This document shows, piece by piece, positions 24,873 to 35,689 of a stretch of DNA of 64,000 bases. Both the position numbers and the translations under genes were made by a program. The notes under the pieces are model-generated. The model did not search any database and was not told where the DNA came from. It worked only from the letters and a program-made list of their open reading frames with translations. This DNA comes from Glaucostegus cemiculus (lineage: Eukaryota), in the NCBI GenBank assembly GCA_976551045.1, contig CDPCPM010000665.1:186001-250000 (forward strand), in the 5' to 3' direction. Every line of letters begins with the position of its first letter. Within the stretch, counting starts at the first letter, position 1.

Positions 24873-26469
24873 AGGGCTGCTTGATGGTCCAGCTTTTATG
24901 GATAAGACGTATAGACAATTTTGTGTATTATCTGTTAGATGCCAGTGTTGTGACTGTATTGGAGCAGCTTGGCTTGAAGCAGAGCATGTTCTAGAGCACA
25001 AGTTTCAATGTTATAGTGAGGATACTATCTCATCCGATAGACTTCGCTGCATCCAATGCACTGAGGTGTTTCTTGATATCACATGAATTGAACTGAACTG
25101 GCCAAAGACCGACTTCAGAGTTGGCAAATGTCTCCTGATGAATCATCTGCTTGGCACTGCTAGCTGAACATGGTTGTGAATGCTGCAGCCTTGTCCTCAG
25201 CACTCATGTGTTAGGCTTTGCCTTTGTTGAGGGTGGGGAATGTCCTTGGAATCAACCGCTCCTCATTGCCCACCATGATTAGATGTGGGAAGGATGCAGA
25301 ACTTTGATCATAGATCTATGTTGTAGAATTGCTTAGCTCTGTCTATTATATCACGTTTAGTGTGCCTACGGTCCTGTGTTGCACCATCACAAGCCTACAT
25401 CCCATTATTGTTAGTTTTGCCTTATTCTACTCCCAGTATGTCTTTCCACACTCCTCATTGAACTTAGTGAGGGATATGCCAGGCCAAGAGGTTACAGATT
25501 GTGGTGATGTACATTTCTGCTGTGGCTGATCGTCCACAGCACCTCGTGAATGGCAAATTTTCATCAGCCAGACGTTCTCGGTTTAATTGCCGATGGTGGA
25601 TAATTCATCCACAACAGGTAGATGAGTGAGGATGAGGTGCAGTGGGTTTATTCCTCATGTTAGTTTGTTCACTGCCTGCTGCAGACCCAGCCTGACTGCC
25701 GTAATCTTCAGGACAACTGCCAGTTTGGTCACCGCTGATGCTACACAATGAATATTGATGTTCCTCAACTGGAGTACATTCTGTACCCGCGTTACTTTAA
25801 GTGCTTCTTCTAAGTGTAGTTTGACGTGGAGAAGCACTGATTCATCAGCTGAGGGAGGATGGTAGGTGGTAATCAAGAGGAGGTTTCTGTGTCCAAGAGA
25901 CTTTGAGGTCGAGAGCCGATGCTGAGAGCCCCAGGCGTCCCCTTCCTGCCTGTATACCTACCGCTCCTTTTAGATGCTCCCTAAGCGTTCCTCTTTGACC
26001 AAGCTTGTGAGGGATATCTCTGTATAAGGCACGTGATCACTTTTGCTGTATGCCTAATGAGCTTGCATTTACTTTCCCTCTGCCCTCACGCCCTCTCCCT
26101 AACCATTCTTATCCCAGTCCCCAATTCTTCTCCTTCATCTCTCCTTCTCCACCTTTCACCTTCTCATTCTTAACTATTCACCCATTCACTATTTTTTCCC
26201 CTCTTCTCAGCAGAGTCTTATTTAGGGCACGCACCATACAACAATGTAAGGGTTTGCTTTCTGTACCTAAAATGGGGGCCGCTTGCATAAATTTCTTGGA
26301 AAGAAAGACAGGCTGGATGCTGAGCTTTTGTTTCCCTGGAGTCCAGCGCCTGAGGTCATAGTCTCAAGATTTTGGCTGTTTTATGATCAAGACTATACCA
26401 CTCTGTGGCCACATTTTAGCTAAGGTTTCATACTTTCTCTGCTACCTGCTGTCTATTAGAGCTGCAGTG

Positions 26470-26803
26470 CAGGAGGTATATAAAATCATGAGGGGTGTGA
26501 ATAAAGCGGAAGCGCAGTCTTTTCCTCAGGGTAGGGGAGTCTAAAACTAGAGGGCATAAGATGAGAGGGGAAAGAATTAAAAGGGACCTGAGGGGCAAGT
26601 TTTTCATACAGAGTACGGTGAGTATATGGAACAAGCTGCCGGGGGAAGCTGTAGAGGGGGGTACGGTTACAATGGATAGAGAAGGCCTAGAGAGATATGG
26701 GCCAAATGCAGGCAAATGGGACCAGCTCCAGTGGACATCTTGGTCAGCATGGATGAGTTGGACTGAAGGGCCTGTTTCCATGCTGCATAATCCTGTGACT
26801 CTG
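26470..26803 (+). mobile_element. CR1/HER1-like 3' fragment nested in an older CR1 end (about 26340-27030)
   Basis: EVYKIMRG...KRDLRGKFFIQSTVSIWNKLP; tail gggcctgtttccatgctg...tgtgactctga. Confidence 0.85.
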
Positions 26804-27361
26804 ACGAGGAGAAATTTCTCCATTGAGAGGGTTTAGAACTGTGGGCATTCTATACCCCAGAGGGCTGCGGTGCTCTGTCAATGGAATGTTCACTATTGAG
26901 ATCAACATGCTTCTGGGCACTAATCGAGGTAAATGCAGATTGGGCAGGCGTGAGAATTTGTTGGTACTAGATCAGCCATGATCTTATTGGCACAGGCTCA
27001 ATTGGCGGTATGAGCTGATCTTGCACCTGCTTGTGTACTTGTCTCCTTTTTCCTTCCCCTTGCTGTCCTCTTCCTTATTCTCCTCTACGTACTACTCTAT
27101 CTTGCTCATTCTTTTCCCCTTTCTTACTCTTCATCTTGACCTGAACACTTCACAAAGTGTTTATTCACATTCACCCAATGGCATGGAAGATCAATTAGTG
27201 CATTATAAAAAATTTAATGGATTCATCTAATTTGCCTAAGTATAGGATATCTCAGCAGTGACTCTGTATAAAGATGAATTGATTTTTTACTTGTGAGTGC
27301 TCCAGCCAGTAGGTATAGTAATGAAAGTCCAATGGTGATCGATAACATGAAGTAGTTCTGT

Positions 27362-27958
27362 AGCTGGCCAAATGAGCCATTCTGCTTAAATGGAAGGATC
27401 CAGTACCCCCCACTACCTTTCAACGGTTTTCTCAAACTATATCATGCCTTAATTTGGAAAAAAATTAGGAGTGGTACTGTTGATTCTTCGCTTAAATTTG
27501 AAGATATTTGGAGTCCATTTATTCAATACTTTCACATGATGTAGTTTCCCCTTCTATAACTTTTTTTAATTCAGAGGAACGGAGCTGACGACATTATATT
27601 GCTCTGTTTCTATTGAAAATTTTAGCCCAGTTTTTTTTCTTATTTTGTTTTTCCTTTTTTTAAAATAATTTTCGGTTCAATTTTCTTTGTATTGTTATAA
27701 TTTTTTTATTGATTTGGGTTTTTTGTTCTTTTTTCTAATTATATAACAAATCTTTTTCTTTCCTATCTTTTACATTATACTTATGAACCAAGAGATTGCT
27801 GGAACTATTTCTTTTATATATATCATACTTTATTGCTTTTTTTAATGATTACCTATGATTGTTACCTGATATCTCTATAATACATGTGGAAACATTGTTG
27901 TTATATATATCAACCTGTATTGATTTGTTATCAATAAAAAGATTGAAAAAGAAAGAAA
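27362..27958 (+). mobile_element. 5'-truncated L1-clade LINE with TSD
   Basis: ORF2 C-terminus AILLKWKDPVPPTTFQRFSQTISCLNLEKIRSG...FEDIWSPFIQYFHMM*, T-rich 3'UTR, AATAAA 27933-27938, (GAAA)n tail. TSD GAAGTAGTTCTGT at 27349-27361 and 27959-27971. Confidence 0.88.
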
Positions 27959-28759
27959 GAAGTAGTTCTGTGGCTGCACAGTTGTCTAACTGTTGTATAA
28001 GTGCCTGATCTTAGATAAATACAGTGACATTTTACTTGCATATTCAGCCAGCTGGCCTTACTGTCATGTTATGAGAAGATTGTTCAATGTAGCTTTGACA
28101 AATTTTCCAACCAGGTGCTTTAACTTTGAAGATATTGGGGCTTTACTGTTAGTAATATTATGTAGATGTGTGGGATGTTCAATCAGACCTCAGACCAACA
28201 CATACAGTATTCTAGGGTGATATCTTGGTCCAGTACTAAGCCCTGCATTGTTGGAGATGTTAATCTGTTGTTTGAATATTAGGTTCAGGCTCCCTTTTTA
28301 TTGCACATCTAGATGTTGTACATCTCTTTAAGCCATTGGCAGAGAAGCAGGAGATTTTTCCAGAAATTAGATTAACTGGTTATTCATTCTTGCCTTCTCT
28401 GTGCGAAATAGCTGCTCCTTTGCTATCATGGAAATAAAGTCATTAATTCTGAGGGAAGCATGGAGATGTCCAGCTAAGCTACTAAATAAATTTAAAATTG
28501 TTTATTTACCCTCATTATAACTCTTCATTCATGCTAGCTAGTTAGCTTCTCCCCTTGCTAGGGAGATGTGCTTTCCTACAGTGAATCCTGTGGAACATTG
28601 CCCACTTGATATCTTTTCATCTGACTGAGGAAGACCTAGCTTTCACCTGTAGCCCCTTCATTATCAGCGAGCCACTGACATTTTGAGACGTGCCTTCAGA
28701 ATTGCGATTTCTTCTCAAGTTTCCACCTTGAAAGCTTATGGCTAATTAATGTAAGAGGC

Positions 28760-28945
28760 AAAATCCTGCAGACACTGGTAGTTTAATATCCAAACAGAAA
28801 ATGCAGCCAGTATGCAGCTGGTCAGGCAGAATCTGTGTAGCGAGAAATAGAGTTAATGTTTTAGGTTTTGTCCTTTTATCTGTTTCCCTTCCTATAGATG
28901 CTACCTGACCTGCTGAGTATTTCCAGATTTTCTATTTATGTTTGA
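28760..28945. mobile_element. Palindromic Penelope-derived mini-element
   Basis: cagctggtcaggcagaatctgtg versus tagatgctacctgacctgctgag form inverted arms; centre deleted. Confidence 0.75.
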
Positions 28946-29271
28946 GGTTAATTAGTAGTTTGTGTACATGTGGGTGTGATGTGTTAGTAATTTTACCTTA
29001 TCTTTAGATGCTACTGGATCATTGGCACCGTCTTGAGTTTTCTGTGAATGCTTGAAAGTGATATACTGTAGCATGTTTGGTAGGATATCAATGAGACAAA
29101 ACCAAAGGTGTCCCAGTGTTATGGTAGTCTCCTGAAAATTGCAGCCTTATGTTTGTCACGTTGTGTTTGTTTAGAACTTGCACGACTCGCAAAAGTTCAT
29201 CTTGTCTGGAATGGAATGTAGTCAGGCCAGTTCTTTTTGATTGGTTGTTGCTGAGTTTTATCCCTTAAGTA

Positions 29272-29620
29272 CTAGCCATGGCTCAGTCTGCAGCCTTCTC
29301 GCTTCTGTTTTGGAAGGTTGTTGGTTCAAGTTCCACCTCAGGGGCACACCTATGCAGTACAAAGTGTGTTGTACTGTCAAAAGTGCCACCGTCTGGATGA
29401 GGTGTTAAACAGAGCCACTGTCTGCTGATGAAGATTTCTTGGGGCCGTTAGAAATGAATTACCCTTGGTGTTCAGGCCAGTATTCAGTGAAATGGGTGAA
29501 CAGGTTGTTATCGCAGTGCTGTTTGTGGGCGTGTGCTTTGTGCAGAGTGCTGGCTGCATGTTCTACATTAGAATAATGACTACATTTCATAAATACAGTG
29601 GCTGTATAATGCTACATTAT
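29272..29620 (+). mobile_element. DeuSINE (SacSINE1/AmnSINE1-like)
   Basis: tRNA-like head ggctcagt...ggttcaagttccac, Deu core gatgaggtgttaaacagag, tail gctgtttgtgggc...gactacatttc. Confidence 0.7.
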
Positions 29621-29767
29621 ATAAGACTTCCCCTTTTTTCTGTATCTAAAAATCATAATCATGATTTTAACCCATTATCTACATCCTTCCATTGATAGGA
29701 AGTATTGCTCAGGGAAAAGGTTGAAGGTTGCTCTTTTTCCCTATGGAGCACTTCACAAATTCACATA

Positions 29768-30069
29768 TGGCACGGTAGTGTAGCGGTTAGCGTGACGCTA
29801 CTACGGTGCCAGAGACCCAGGTTCAATTCCAGCCGCCGTCTGTAAGGAGTTTATATGTTCTCCCTGTGTCTGTGTGGGTTTTGTCCGGGTGCTCTGGGTT
29901 TCCTCCCACATTCCAAAGACGTATGGGTTAGGAAGTCGTGGGCATGCTATGTTGGCGCCGGAAATGTGGCGACACTTGCAGGTTGCCCCCAGAACACTTG
30001 ACACAAAAGGTGTATTTAACTGTGTGTCTCGATGTACATGTGACTAATAAAGATATCTATCTATCTATC
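29768..30069 (+). mobile_element. V-SINE (HE1-like head, Rex-like tail subfamily), full length
   Basis: ggcacggtagtgtagcggttagc head, ggttcaattcc B box, V-domain, tail gatgtacatgtgactaataaaga(TATC)n. Confidence 0.92.
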
Positions 30070-31539
30070 AAAGAAGCCATGTTCATCTTCACTATATTGT
30101 TTCAATACAGCAGTATGTGTGTTGCTGAAGTGAGCGCTTGGGGAAAACTCATTACTGTTTTCTCATCTTGATAGCTGCTCAGGGTGTGGAGCAGTGCCTC
30201 AAGCTTCTCATGGAACTTGGACATGCAGCTTTTATACATGGGTGATTGATAGCTGCTTCCTCTGATCCAGGGACTACAGAAGCTCACTATCAGTTGGACC
30301 CTGAGCAGAACTTCAAGCTCAATGCCCCATCAGTCAGCAAAACCAAGGTGATGGGAGTCCATAGGAAAAGACATGGGCAACGGGACTTGAAAGAGTTGGG
30401 GATACAATTGGAAGTGAGGTGTGCTTTGGAATAACTCTCATCTCAAAGTAATTAGAACTGCTAATGTTCTCTGCACTGATGTTGAGCTCCCTATCAGTGT
30501 CAAAACTACCACGTCATCATTATCTCTTGTCTTCTCCAGTGTAACGGTTGATTACTTTCTCCTCTCTTCCATCCTGTATCATACCCTTTGGCTCTCCAAG
30601 TCATCATTCAAAATCTGGTTTACCATTTACAGTGGTCTCGCCCTAAACTGCCTATGCAACTTGGCCATCCCTACTTTCAGTCCCATTCCAGGGGGATTCT
30701 CTGGATCCCCCCACTGACTTCTCTGGGAATGCTTCTCCAGTGCTTCCATAAGTGTAGCAGTGGGAAATGGGTAGGAGGATTGCAGAAATTTTGCTCTGTT
30801 CTTGTTAGGCCCCCAGCGATTTTTCCCTGATTGATGATGCCAATACCCAGTTTTGTCTGTGGGCGTTGTAGTCTGTTGAATAATAAGCTGCTGGATAGCT
30901 TCATCATACATTAACATACACGTTTTGAAAGCTTCTAAGCACCTGACACCACTGCACTTTTAAATATTTGTGTATTTGGAACAGAAATAAAATACTGTGT
31001 CTGCTGGGCATTTAAAACATGATTTTAATGAAAAGTGAATGTGAGTGCATAACCTGATAACATGCTGAGTAAATTACGCTGGCTTGGTTCAAGGTGCAGG
31101 GCTCCAGAGCTGGAAGTAACACTGGGGTTGGAGAAGGGGAAAAGAAAGCAAATGTTGCTTTGCATTGTGCTGCTGTTGACGAGAATGTATTCGGGTTTGA
31201 GTCAAAGCCTGTTTGGGGAGCTGAGTTGACTGCTGAATGAAGGATCCCAGGATGGAAGGGGTTAACTGAAAGAATAAAACTGACATTGTTGCAAACAAAT
31301 ACAGATGAAAGTACAGGAAATGTCTAGGTGCAGGGCTACCACAGATGGTGAGAGATAGAAATCGGAGGGACACAGATAAATAGACTCCTTGGCTGTGTAA
31401 GCGCTGCATATTTTTTGCTTCAGAAAACAGCCCGTAGGCAGTAGTATTTGTTATTTTTTTCCTGTGGAATATGTAGCTACTTGTAGCCCTACTGTATGTA
31501 CTGTACAATCAGGTGGGTATGTATGTTTGTGTGGGTGGA

Positions 31540-31849
31540 TGGGTGGGCGGTTTTGGGGTTTTGTGATTGGTTGCCTTGAGCCACAAGCTGCCTTAAAAGC
31601 AGTGAAGCCGGGGTCAGGGGGGACTGTGTGGGCGTGAGATGGAACGCTTGAAAGAGGAACAAACGTCTGACAGCAGCATGCTGCCTCCCTCAGACCGGCA
31701 GATGCTTTTGTGTCTCTGTCAGGGCTGTGCTCTCCAGGCCGCATGGTTGTCTATCGTTATTCTTTTCAGCCGGAGATTTACGGGAGGCTTTTAAGTAGTA
31801 AATACGATGCTAATTGGATGAGGCTGTAGTGACTGTTGTAATGGTGAGT
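31540..31849 (+). promoter_or_regulatory. Candidate intronic promoter and alternative first exon of CABIN1 (or cassette exon) ending in ATG|GTGAGT
   Basis: GGGCGG 31545-31550, inverted CCAAT box (GTGATTGGTT 31563-31572), TTAAAA 31593-31598, several CpGs, then ATG 31841-31843 directly followed by donor GTGAGT 31844-31849. Phase 0 matches the 48887 exon. Lies in a TE-poor stretch. Confidence 0.5.
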
Positions 31850-33949
31850 ACCTCGAAGTTGCCTGTGAATACCATCATCTTTCTCTCTGTCACCTGTGGT
31901 TAGGACAGGGGAATCCCTTCACAAACATGCTGGAAGTCTCCTCATGCACAGTGTCTTGAACTGAAGTCTGTAGTGTATTTTTTCCTGGTATGCATATATA
32001 AACAGCAGGGCAGTGTTTCTGGCAAGTATTTGCATTACAGCTGCTCCAACTTGGTTTCATCTTGTGGTAAACACAGCTTAGTTTCCCTTCTGAATTTTTT
32101 ATGTAAATGGTGTGGAGGATTATCAAAAAGGTGAAGTAGATGTGAGTCAAATATTTGTGGCTTCTTGTAGTGTGTGTGAGTCAAATATATTTAATTATAA
32201 GAAGTGGCTGTCATAAAGTTCCAACCTACAAAAATAGTTGGTATAATCTGTTTAACACTTTCGGGTTTACTGAAGTAATTGAGATATATTGGAGAGGGGG
32301 AGAGAGTGTGTGACTGTTGATTTCTTTGTCATTGATGAAAAGTGATATTTGCCTCCTACTCCAGTCCTTAATTACTTGTCTGTTTTTCTCTCTCATTTTG
32401 TGCAAGGGTTGCGAAGTGTGCCTACTCCAATGAATAATATAATCCTTATTGCTTGTGAACGTATAAATCGTACGGCTCTACAAAGCACTGCTTAGAAAAG
32501 AACAACCTAAGGAGAGACATTCACATTCATTGTATTGTTTTTTTTAAGAAATTCTATCTTTGACTTTGCAGAGGCAGAATAATAATGCTAATTTGATGGC
32601 TTTGCAAGAAGTATTTATTTATTTGTAAAGTTTGGTTATCTATGGATTTAATGGTTGGAATGGAAATGAATAAGAAACGTGTGTTGATTAACCCTTGGAT
32701 CACCAGACACCCTGCTTTTATCATGAGCATCACACCCTGCACATTGCTACTGGAGAATATTCAGAAGTAAAGTTACAGTGAAATACTTTACATACATTGT
32801 TATTTCATCCTTGGAGAGGACGTGGCCCTGAAGTCTGCCTAATTCTATAAAGTATCCCTACTTTTTATACAGTTCAATTACTTATGGCTCCCTTAAAGTT
32901 GAAGCAGCTTAAGGTTTAAAAAGAACTCCTAGGCCATGAATGTTTATGCATGTGAACTTTGTATGTTGACTGTTCCTCTATACATGGTGTGTCAGGTTCA
33001 AAATGTTGAATGATAGTTTGTTTCGCAACCCCATGGTGCTGTAATATCTTGCCGTATGTGGCCCTGCCATATTGAGATCTGCAAAGCTCATGAAAAACAG
33101 ATGAAGTCAAATTTTCCAGAAATAGTGACCAATAATTCAGTAGCTCCCCTCTCCTGAAGACGGGATGTTTGCAAACTATTTTTATTTGTATACATACCCA
33201 CAGGCCAAGAATGAAGGAAATGATATAGGTAGCAGGGCTAGCCAAACAGATCTGGTGATTGGGTCCGATTGCCATGGTTTTGCCTAATAACTTGGGTAGT
33301 TTATGAAAATGAAATTCCAAATGAAGAAATGATCCACTCTGCATATAATGTGAACAACCTTTAGACATCATTTCCATCAAACTGAATGAATGCTAGTGTC
33401 GCCAGTTGCTTTAGTGTTTGCAAATTAAAACAAAATATGGTTGTCTTTAATTTAGCATTAGTGTTGGTCATGATCTTCACCCCTGAGAACACCGACTTCT
33501 GCTGGCCTCAGTTGTTTTTTAATGTTAACCGTACTTTTAAGGGGCCACGAGTCTTAGCAACTGAAGCCTGTGAAAAGCAGGGGTACTTTGCAGAATTAGG
33601 CAGACTTCAGGGTCAGTTCCTCTCCAGGCATGAGAAAATGTTCGATAGCAATGTATATCATTGTAATTTTAATTCTGAGTATTCTCTTGTAGAAATGTAC
33701 AGTGTGTGATGCTTAGTGGTGTACTTCATGGAAACACAAGGGTTGCACAGTGAGCAGCAGACACAGCCTGACCCTGACCCACCCAGCACCCCCCACAATC
33801 CAATGTGAGCATCACCATGATTGTCAGTTAATTACAGCTAATGTTAGTGGGATTGATGCAATCACAAATTAGTGTTAATTCTGTCAGTGCCTTAATCATG
33901 TGCCCTAACAGGAAAAGGTATTACACCATAGCTTCCCAAACACAAATAA

Positions 33950-34140
33950 GATGAGACAAGATTTCTTTATTAGTCACATGTACATCGAAACACACAGTGA
34001 AATACATCATTTGCGTAGAGTGTTCTGGGGGCTGACCGCGTGTCGCCACGCTTCCAGCACCAACATAGCATGCCCACAACTTCCTAACCCATCTGTCTTT
34101 GGAATGTGGGAGCAAACTGGAGCACCTGGAGGAAACCCAG
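33950..34140 (-). mobile_element. 5'-truncated V-SINE (Rex-like tail subfamily)
   Basis: tttattagtcacatgtacatcgaaacacacagtgaaa...ggaaaccc. Confidence 0.88.
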
Positions 34141-34444
34141 GTTGGACAACAGGCTGCACCAACATCCCTGCGCCAGAGGCAGCCATGTGAATATGCCTTG
34201 GGTATCGACAAGCTCCCAAAGTCACCTACTGCTGTCAGACCTCTGGAGGTGTTGCCTTGAAATGCTGCAAGAGTTGAGACTATCTGCTGTGCAGACCTCA
34301 GGCAACCAGAGCAGCCTGTGTTACCTCACCATCCCAGGTCACAAGATCACAAGATAATGGAGCAGAAGCAGGCCAGTCGGCCCATCGAGTCTGCTCCAAA
34401 GGGAGCAGTCATGCAGAGCCAGCTGATTAGCCCACTCCCAGCAA

Positions 34445-34850
34445 CGTGGTCACCTAATTGCCCCCTGTCATTGGTAGCCATTTAATTACCCCAGGCCTGC
34501 CACAGGGTCATTTAATTTCCCCAAGCCTGGCAAAATAGCCATCTAGTTACCCCCAACCCTGCAACAAAACCATAGGCCCAGAAAAGAAACACCTAATTAC
34601 CCCAGACTGTGCATCAAGGCAGCATATCTCAGCCTGACATTGACCCTGACCCACCCACCCTAATTACCCCCAAGAACTGCAACAGAACCATCTAATTGCC
34701 CCAGGCCTGTAACAGAGTCACCTAATTATCCTCAGTCCCTGAATAGAGCCATGCAATTACCCTTGACCCTGCAACAGAGCCCCCTAATTACCCCCATCCA
34801 GGCAACAGGCATCTGATTACTCCAGGATCTGCATTAGGGTCAACTAATTC
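34445..34850. repeat. Degenerate ~30-bp minisatellite (consensus about CATCTAATTACCCCAGGCCTGCAACAGAGC)
   Basis: About 12 recurrences of a taattaccc-like core, mostly about 30 bp apart. Confidence 0.8.
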
Positions 34851-35024
34851 CTGACACCGCTATCTTGAGTAAAATGCACTTGGGGAAACTCCTCTCAGCC
34901 CCAAGCATTTGGTTTAAACAAAGAGCCTTGCAATTAGAAAGTTCTTTTAGAGTAAGTAAAGTTCTAAGGAATTTATTATTAATAGTATTTTCAGTAGGCT
35001 TCATTTGTTAATTGAGTTAATCTA

Positions 35025-35341
35025 ACACAATCTGTTCCTGGATTAAGAACACCCGATTTATAGACACCCCCTACATACGAAGAAGCACCCATGATATTAT
35101 TAAATACAAAAGTCTGATGTGCATTCCTATAAATGGCAGGACTAGTTTCTTCCCTCTCTCCACTTTGAGCGATTGTTCTTGCTTATCACACTTATGCACT
35201 TTTGATGCCATTCATTACAATACTGTGGAGGCACGGTTACCATATTGAGTGATTTTGGTGTATTTTCTGACTTAATGGACAACATTTACTTCTGGATATC
35301 TGTAAAGACAAATCCTAATTGTTACCCGAGGACAGTCTGTA
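35025..35341. mobile_element. Decayed Tc1/mariner (Tigger/pogo-like) MITE
   Basis: Imperfect TIRs acaatctgttcctggattaagaa and ttgttacccgaggacagtctgta. Confidence 0.55.
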
Positions 35342-35374
35342 AACAGAAATGAAGTAGGCTACTTTGGGAAGTCA

Positions 35375-35680
35375 ATGTCAAAATCAAAGTTGAGTTTATT
35401 GTCATGTGCACAAGTACATGTATGCACAGGTTGAATGAAAAACTTACTTGCAGCAGCATCACAGTCACATAGCATCAGATAAGCAGCATTCACAAGAAAA
35501 ACATAAATTTAACTTAAATTGTACACAATTTTTACAAGAAAACGCAATTAGAACAAAAAATGTCTATTTTAGTGCAAAGTGATTGAAATGGTAAAAGTGT
35601 TGCTAAAATCTAGTGGTTAAGGTTGTGCCGGTTGGTTCAAGAATTGAATGGTTGAAGGGAAGTAGCTGTTCTTGAACCTG
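35375..35680 (-). mobile_element. Rex1/Babar 3' UTR fragment
   Basis: gagtttattgtcatgtgcacaagtaca...gaagggaagtagctgttcttgaacctg, similar to the 3' ends at 20570 and 24395. Confidence 0.75.
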
Positions 35681-35689
35681 CTTTCCCTG

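Larger units (their letters stand above)
20165..25960 (-). mobile_element. Old host LINE (same family as 40-1285) in three pieces: 20165-20553, 23858-24394, 24873-25960
   Basis: Pieces are collinear once the inserts are removed. AP-endonuclease remnant ITTYHPPSADESVLLHVKLHLEEAL in ORF 25655-25876. Confidence 0.7.
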
